Shown here one piece after another: positions 57,007 through 64,000 of a DNA stretch of 64,000 nt (positions are counted from its first letter, which is position 1; every line of letters starts with the position of its first letter). The notes under the pieces were generated by a model, which saw only the letters and a list, made by a program, of their open reading frames with translations, was not told where the DNA came from and made no database searches. Position numbers and translations under genes: made by a program. Origin of the DNA: Octopus vulgaris (lineage: Eukaryota); NCBI GenBank assembly GCA_951406725.2, contig OX597823.1:72664001-72728000 (forward strand), given 5' to 3'.

Positions 57007-58392
57007 GCAACAACAACAACAACAACAACTTGAAGAAGAAGAATTGCGCGATGCGATTTGTAATAATGATTGATTCTTTTTATTGAACGGATTGAACGAT
57101 ATTTCGACAGATTGTGTGTCTTCCTCCATGTCAAAATGTAAAATTAGAAAAATAAATGCCAAAAAAGAAAAGCGAGAAAGAAACGCAGAAACACAGGAAT
57201 TGAAAATATGTACGAGGAAATCCTGCATCCGCTTTCACTTTTTCAGATCTGGTAACAAGGAAAGAGAAAAAAGAAGACAAGAAAGAGACTACTTTGTCAG
57301 TTTTGTGTAAATGCGATGACAATCACATCATTTTATTCATTCCTTCAGCGCGTGTCTTATGCAGTTCACAAATATATTTCTCCTCATGCATTTGGAGTAC
57401 TGAGAATGTAGTAGAGTCAGGATATATTCTGGAACTGTGCACTTTCAGGTGTTCCTAAGAAGTATAACCGTTCAATATGAAATGTTCAGCAAGTTCCGTT
57501 GAACTAATGCTATTGGCGAACATTACACATCAAAAGCCTGTAGAGTATGGGCCATAAGCTAACCGTCCCAATATGAATTATATCTCTGTTACTGCACTAC
57601 GCAGCCGTCACTTAAACCCATCGAACAACCTCTGTGTGCTCGTGTTTCAGCAACGTCTCCTTTATTCTGATAACACATTTTTGTTTTTCCGGCCGATGAA
57701 ATGTTTGAGAGGCTAATCTAATTGTTCTCTTTAGTTTGAATTCACTACAAGCTGACGATGGATACTAATTTGATCTGGAAAGATTTCCGCACCGGGAGGA
57801 CAAGAAATGATACTAATAACCTACCATATAACCATTTGTTGTCTATAGGAAAATTGAAATTATGTGCAAAAGTCGAAACATCCAATTTCTTTGTTGTAGA
57901 TATTCCGTATGAAAGAATGTGTCGAAAAGATAGGTACCTCTTAAATGCTTCCCCATAAATAATGATGAATGGTTTTAATAAAATATCTCAATAGACACAT
58001 AACTAGCAATAACTAGGCAATAACGAATTGAGTAAGAGACTAGTTTCTCCGGAAAAAAGAGAAAACCTATTTGGGAAAACCTTGTTCAACCTCAGCAAAA
58101 ATAATTTTCGTTATAAAGTGAAATGTCTAGGATTCAGTTTTCTCGAAGGAATAAAGAGAGGTAAGAAGTTATTTGTAATATTGGCAGAAGTTTAAGATCA
58201 AAATTTGTCCGTGACTAAGGGGAAATGATATTATGGTCCAAATAAGAAGTGTCGTCTTTGTGAAACCACTGTAGATGATTATAACACGTATAATCTGCGT
58301 CTTATCGTAAAAGATATAAGACGAAATAAATCTGACTTCTACCTTACATTTGTGTTACCAGTTATGAGATAAGTGCAGCATATCTTTTCTTC

Positions 58393-58870
58393 AAAATACT
58401 GATAGGGCACAAGAAGTGTGTTAGTAACCAGGTGGAGATGTCTTCCTGGGGCTACAAGCTACAGTAGCATCAACCCTTAAGGGTTAACCACATTTAAGTG
58501 GCAAATATACTTCACGATGTCGTGCAGCTACTGTTTATACCACGCTCAGAGATTTATTATTCCTTGTTTCCACTTTTTCGACACTAGTGACTTTCGTCAC
58601 TGGAAAAAAGTTTATACATATTTGGATTGAGAACCCATCGCCAACCGGTGGTTGTCACACGTTGATGACGGGTCAATATTCAGAAACTCTGGTCCGTGTG
58701 TATCTCGTCAGGCTGGAGATGGGAAAGATGACTTCCCTTTGCAAATACTGATAGGGCAGAGAAAGTGTGTCAAAAGCCTGCTGGAGGAGATGTCTTTTTA
58801 GGGTTACAAGCTACAGTAGCATCAACCGTTAAGGGTTAGCCACATTTAGGAGGCAAATATACTTCACAAA
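58393..58870 (+). mobile_element. Partial tandem repeat (~1.35 units, period ~349 bp) carrying a hammerhead; retrozyme-like
   Basis: ATACTGATAGGGCA...ACAAGCTACAGTAGCATCAACC...GGCAAATATACTTCAC recurs at 58396 and 58745. The unit contains several hairpins and one hammerhead motif and has no ORF. Confidence 0.65.
58656..58700 (+). ncRNA. Minimal type-I hammerhead ribozyme motif inside a ~349-bp tandem repeat unit
   Basis: CACACG-TTGATGA-CGGGT(CAAT)ATTCA-GAAAC-TCTG-GTC-CGTGTG. Stem I is a perfect 6 bp, the core has C3>U, stem II is weak, stem III is 2 bp, and the cleavage triplet is GUC. Confidence 0.75.
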
Positions 58871-59959
58871 TACTTTAAAACTTTTTGCTTTTATTTACGC
58901 TAAAACTCGTCAAAAATAGACTTTAATTAGAAATTATTAACATAACTAGTTACGGTTAATAGATAGTTCAAATTATAACTTAATTATTGGTGAAAAAACA
59001 CCCCGCCCTCCATTTGTTTATCATTAGTTAATGCTGAAGGAGTGTATCTTCTAAGAAGAGCTCTGTGAAACGTGATCGTTTAGAGTTAACTACAGTAATA
59101 ATGACAATGATGCTTATGAAGATAGTATTGCATTTGCAAAACGATTAAACAGAAAAATGTAACGCATTAATGGAAGAAAACCAAATATATGACAAGATGA
59201 AATTAAAAAGGCAAAATAAAATGAAATGAAGGAGCATTATAAGCGACAGTGGTAACTGATATTTCTATCACTGCTAAAAGTAGAAAATGGCATATATCTT
59301 AAGCAAGGGAGTTATAAAAGTCAATAGCAATGACATTAATACAAGATACATTATTCAGTTTGAGATTATGAAAATTCATGAAATGCTAAATATAAAATTA
59401 AGAAATATTGAAGAAATTGAGTTATGGGGAAAATTAGACAAACAGAAGCGAAGACATGAGTAATAAATAATACAAATGGCAATAGGGTGCTGTAGAAGCT
59501 AATATAAACAGCGCAGTTACCTGCCATTGTCATAATACTGAACAGGAGAGCTACTTTCAATTAGTTAGCCTTTAGCTAGTGTGGAATATTACAATATCAT
59601 TTTTAAACAAGTAATAAGCTGCATCAACATCTTACTATTATTATTGTCATGTTCTTAGCTTTTGTTACTTGAGAGCATACGTATGAATAGAAATGTAAGC
59701 AAGAACGTTTTAACTGTTCATATTTTTTCTGTAGGATAATTGACAGGATGAAGTGTTGCAAATTTTGTTGGAGTTACTTTATGTAGTGGCTTATTAAATA
59801 AAATCTTTTGTTGAAAATCAGAAACAAATTAACAGAGAGTACGTTTGAATGAAGAACTTAACAGAAGAAATTGCTGTATAACAACCGAGTTAAATGAGAT
59901 CTGCCAATGGTTATACGTACATATTTCCTGTACCTCAAAAATGTGATTCAATATTTGCT

Positions 59960-60612
59960 TCACATTCTTGCACATGGCCAGCAATTTCGAGAGAGAAGAA
60001 AGTCGATTACATACAGCCCAGTTTTCAACGAGTACCTATTTTATGGACCTCGAAAGTATAAAATGGAAATACAATCTCGGCGGAATTTGAACCCACAACT
60101 TTAAGACGAATGAAATACCGCTAAGCATTTTTCCCGGTGTGCTAACGATACTGCCAGCTCGTAGCCTTATATTGTCTTCCCCTACTATAAAATTAACAGA
60201 GACTGTGAGCCGGTAGAATCGATAGCACGCCGGATAACACGCTCGGTGGAATTTCGTCCATCTTTACGTTTTGGATTCAAATTCCGTGGACGTGAGCTTT
60301 GCTTTCATCCTTCTACGAGTTGATGACTTCAGGCGATGTATTCAATTTGCGCTTCCCCGAATTCGCTGGCCTTGTGCCATAATTTGAAACTAATAGTACT
60401 AAATTAATAAAGGCGGTGATCTGGCAGAATCGTTAGTATGCAAGGACAAATACATAGCGGCATTTCGTTCCTGTTCAAGTTTACATTCCGCCGAGACAGG
60501 CCTTGCATTATATCCTGCTGGAATCGATAAAATAAGTGCCAGTTAAAAATGGAGTCGGTATAAACGACTTACTTCTTCCCGAAATTACTGGACTCGTGCT
60601 GGCTCTGAAATC
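59960..60612. mobile_element. Cluster of three old family D-like SINEs: one minus (59960-60168), two plus (60203-60392, 60411-60612)
   Basis: Each has a diverged CAGAATCGTTAGC / TTCAAATTCCGCCGAG head and a GCCTTGTGC..AAT/TTGAAAC tail. Confidence 0.75.
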
Positions 60613-61659
60613 AATATTACTAAATTAATATAAATACTTGTAACCTCCTGAATCTCTTCTCTCTTTTGCAAATACAATTGTAGTTCGAAAGCCATATCTA
60701 TTTTTGACTGAAAACCATTTTAGTTATAAAGAATATAATTTTTGGAACTTTGAAAAGAAAGAGAAGAAGGTTGTAAATTAATACAGGACAGTATTAAACA
60801 GGAAAGGAGAAAGTCGTAAAGTGACTGGTACAGGAAGTGAAGATCGGGTGCGAAGAGAAATGGAATTTGGTCTGTGGGAGTGTTTGTGTAAGAGGCAACA
60901 ATGCGGTAGTTTTGCTGATAGATTGAAATCAGTGGTGACAGCTTCTATGACTGAATAGGAGAGGCCACATTTAAAGAAGTGATATTCAAATTTGTGTTTC
61001 TAAATGTGGCTATGGATAATGGACATAGCATATGTGAAATGAGAAGATCTATAATTGAAACTCGAATGAGTGTCGGCAGAGAGAAAATAACTTCTGAAAT
61101 GTGAAAGTAACTGACAAATATGGTCATGACAACTGAGATGAATTCTGGGGGAATAATACCGCTGTTAATGAAGAGTATAAAGTAAGATCAATTCTGGGAA
61201 AAGAATTTGCACCAATGTGCTTAGCGATCTAAGTGTTTATATTGTAGGATTGACCAAGAGAGTTGTCTAAATGTTTGATCTTTAGGTGGTTGAACAATAG
61301 ACTATAATAATTTCAACTAATGTTAGTGTTTATAGCTTTCACCGATAACTGTAGATGAAGCCTTTGGGATGGAGAACAAGGTTTAATTATTATGTAATCG
61401 CAGTCTATAATCTGTAAGAAGTTTCACTTTAATAAACGATTGTTTCAAATTCGTCATTAGGCGCCATTAGCAGTATAGAGCAATAGAGCAGATTATATCA
61501 TTATTGAGAATCAGAAAGATATATTATATTCATTCTACCCAACACAGCCAGTAAGTCTGTTGCTTCCTCTCTCTTACATACATAATACGTACATACATAC
61601 ATACATACATACATACATACATACATGCATACATACATGCATACATACATATCACCCAC

Positions 61660-62110
61660 CTCATTAGCAGCTACCACAAAATGTAGATGATAACTGCGTG
61701 ATATAGTTAATAAGACTATTTACAATGGTATCCTCATGAAGTGCGGTTCTAAGGTATCCATCAAAAACATGTCAAGACCAGCAAGTATTCACACTTTTAA
61801 AAACAAGGAATACTGGTGGAACACCCCAATAAAAACACCAATTCGGTGCAAACCTTACAGACGTGATATTGTTATGTGGACTAGAAACAAAAGTCATCAA
61901 CTGTTGCAGAAGCCACCTGTCCAACGGATGTAACTGTAAAGAAAAGGTGAACATTTATGGCGAATTATTGCGGAACATACAGCATTTCTACCTAACATCA
62001 TAGGGGCATTAGTGTATGAACCAACATAAACCTAGAAATACCCAGAATCTGCAAACCCAATCTATTAGTGACACAGTGAAGAATTGTAACACATTTCCAA
62101 AATTCTCCAT
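61660..62110 (+). mobile_element. RLE-type LINE endonuclease fragment
   Basis: KEYWWNTPIKTPIRCKPYRRDIVMW...IIGAL. Confidence 0.65.
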
Positions 62111-62791
62111 CTGAGATTCTTATGCAAATAGATGCACATACGTGGGTATATTATCGACAGTTCAACCAACACATCAACTCCACCGGGAACTCCCCAAACT
62201 TAAAATGTCTTGTCGCTTTGTAAGTGACCAGCTTGATTTGTCTGAAGAAAAACTTATATAAACCTCGATGCAAAAGATATATACTTACATGATACATGCA
62301 TTCATACATACGTACGTGCATACGTACATACATACCAACATACATTGATGTGAAAACCCGGAAAATACTAACATATACACACAATTTCTACATAATCAGG
62401 GACTTAGACCGCCCTTCCCTACAATGAAAACAAGGCATCAGAGGCTTAACGTCGATACAAAATGTCTTGGAATGTCGTATCATAACCCTTCGGCAACATC
62501 CTTTAACCACCAAGTATTGAATTGCATTCTTCAATCAAGTGTGCAAAAATGAGACTGATAAGATCACAAAACTTGGAAGACAGGTCCTTGAGCAACATTC
62601 CTTGTCTGAAACCTTAAATACATGCCCAAATGAAGTCGCATGACACACACATTCACACACACAAACATACTCATATATACACATATATACATATGTATAT
62701 ATATATATACATATTCACGCACATAAACATATATATACACACATATATACATATACACACGCATATATATGCATATACATACTCACACGCG

Positions 62792-62824
<33 letters not shown>

Positions 62825-63607
62825 GCATTCACACACAAACATACACACGCATATATTTAAAAATGTTCATAATTGTATACATATTTATATGCATGTGTGC
62901 GTATGTGTTCGTGTGTGTGCGTGTGAATGTGCGTGCGTGCGTGAGTGAGCGTGCTTACGGGTGTGTGTAAACATAGAAAGAATGCATACGTCTGTGAAAG
63001 TTACAAGTTCCTTCCCGATGCAATTTGCCACTCCCCATCCTCACGGTCATGTTTGAATTATTCACATTCTACTTATGATATATTTTAATGAGAGAGCGTG
63101 TGTGTGGGTGAGTGAGGGAGAGAGAGACTGAGAGAGTCAGAGAGAGAATGAGAAGAGGATAAAGAGAGAGAATATCAGACACTTGTCCACTCGAGAATGA
63201 TATCATCATATCCTGTCTAATCGTTTACTCCCCATGATATACTTTTAAATTTGAAAAATCGGCCACACACAGTTTCAACAGGATATCAAATGTCAGCATA
63301 AACGTCATCCAACGTATTATTTCCATTGTTGTTTTAAATTTCTACAAGCAAACAATTTCGATTCTATTAAGCAGTCTACTGTCAATCAGTTGGAAGTTTT
63401 TTTGCATTTTATTTTCCGACTGTGCTCCAATGAGAATGCATTAGATTTTACCTGTCATCATTGTAAACATTTCTCTGTACAATGTAACATAACATAAACA
63501 TTGCTGTTCTTCTTTGATTGAAGCAAAAAATAGTATATTCTCCTTCGCGAAGGCATAAAATAAATCGGGTATGAATGTGCACACAGACTAACTGTGCCAC
63601 AACTAAC

Positions 63608-63639
<32 letters not shown>

Positions 63640-63645
<6 letters not shown>

Positions 63646-64000
63646 GATTCAGATGAATATGGTACTTAAGTTGAGGTACCAGAATTTAGTGCGGCATTAT
63701 CTATACAGTTTCCAAATAAGTTGATTAAAATCAAAATAAGCAAGAAGGGATATCCAGAGGTAATGCAGTACGATCGTTTCGAGCAACTCCATTTAATTGA
63801 ACAACACAATCATTACATCAATTTAAATGTAGAGGAATCCTCAGCTGCATAAAGACATAGAATTTAATTAAAGTAAAACTGATGGATACATTAGTATAAT
63901 TTTACCTAAAATCGCCAAGAAGTTAAGAAGATAGACAGAGAACATGCTGTATTCATTTCAGCTTAATTAAATTCTATGTTTTTATGAAGCTGAGGATTGC
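63640..64000. mobile_element. Penelope-like terminal repeat (-) followed by the start of an inverted copy that runs off the window
   Basis: 63836-63871 AATCCTCAGCTGCATAAAGACATAGAATTTAATTAA is inverted at 63963-63998. Confidence 0.6.
63763..63850 (-). ncRNA. Minimal type-I hammerhead ribozyme motif with long stem II
   Basis: Minus strand ATGCAG-CTGAGGA-(57 nt containing CATTTAAATTGA/TCAATTAAATG)-GAAAC-GATC-GTA-CTGCAT. Perfect 6-bp stem I, canonical core, palindromic ACGATCGT stem III; the base of stem II is mispaired. Confidence 0.75.

Noticed and set aside
62232-62280. CTGAAGA motif in a LINE 3' UTR
   Set aside because: The second half of the core (GAAA..UH) is absent.

Overview
AT-rich, microsatellite-dense eukaryotic DNA. 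The tRNA-derived SINE families and repeat makeup look like an octopod cephalopod (inferred from recognition, not from a search). I found no intact protein-coding gene; nearly all listed ORFs are microsatellite artefacts. The window is a graveyard of mobile elements: several SINE families, two identically rearranged mariner derivatives, Tc1/mariner MITEs, a decayed Gypsy LTR element, an ORF1-only L1/Tx1-like element, an RTE LINE, many R4/Dong-like fragments in (TAA)n tracts, and Penelope-like relics. The main unexplained signal is about ten type-I hammerhead-ribozyme-like motifs from at least five different repeat families. They include non-canonical cores (U3-A8; a recurrent A6U), one motif inside a ~349-bp structured tandem unit that resembles a retrozyme, and several in divergent inverted (fold-back) arrangements. 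All folds were done by eye and none has been tested.
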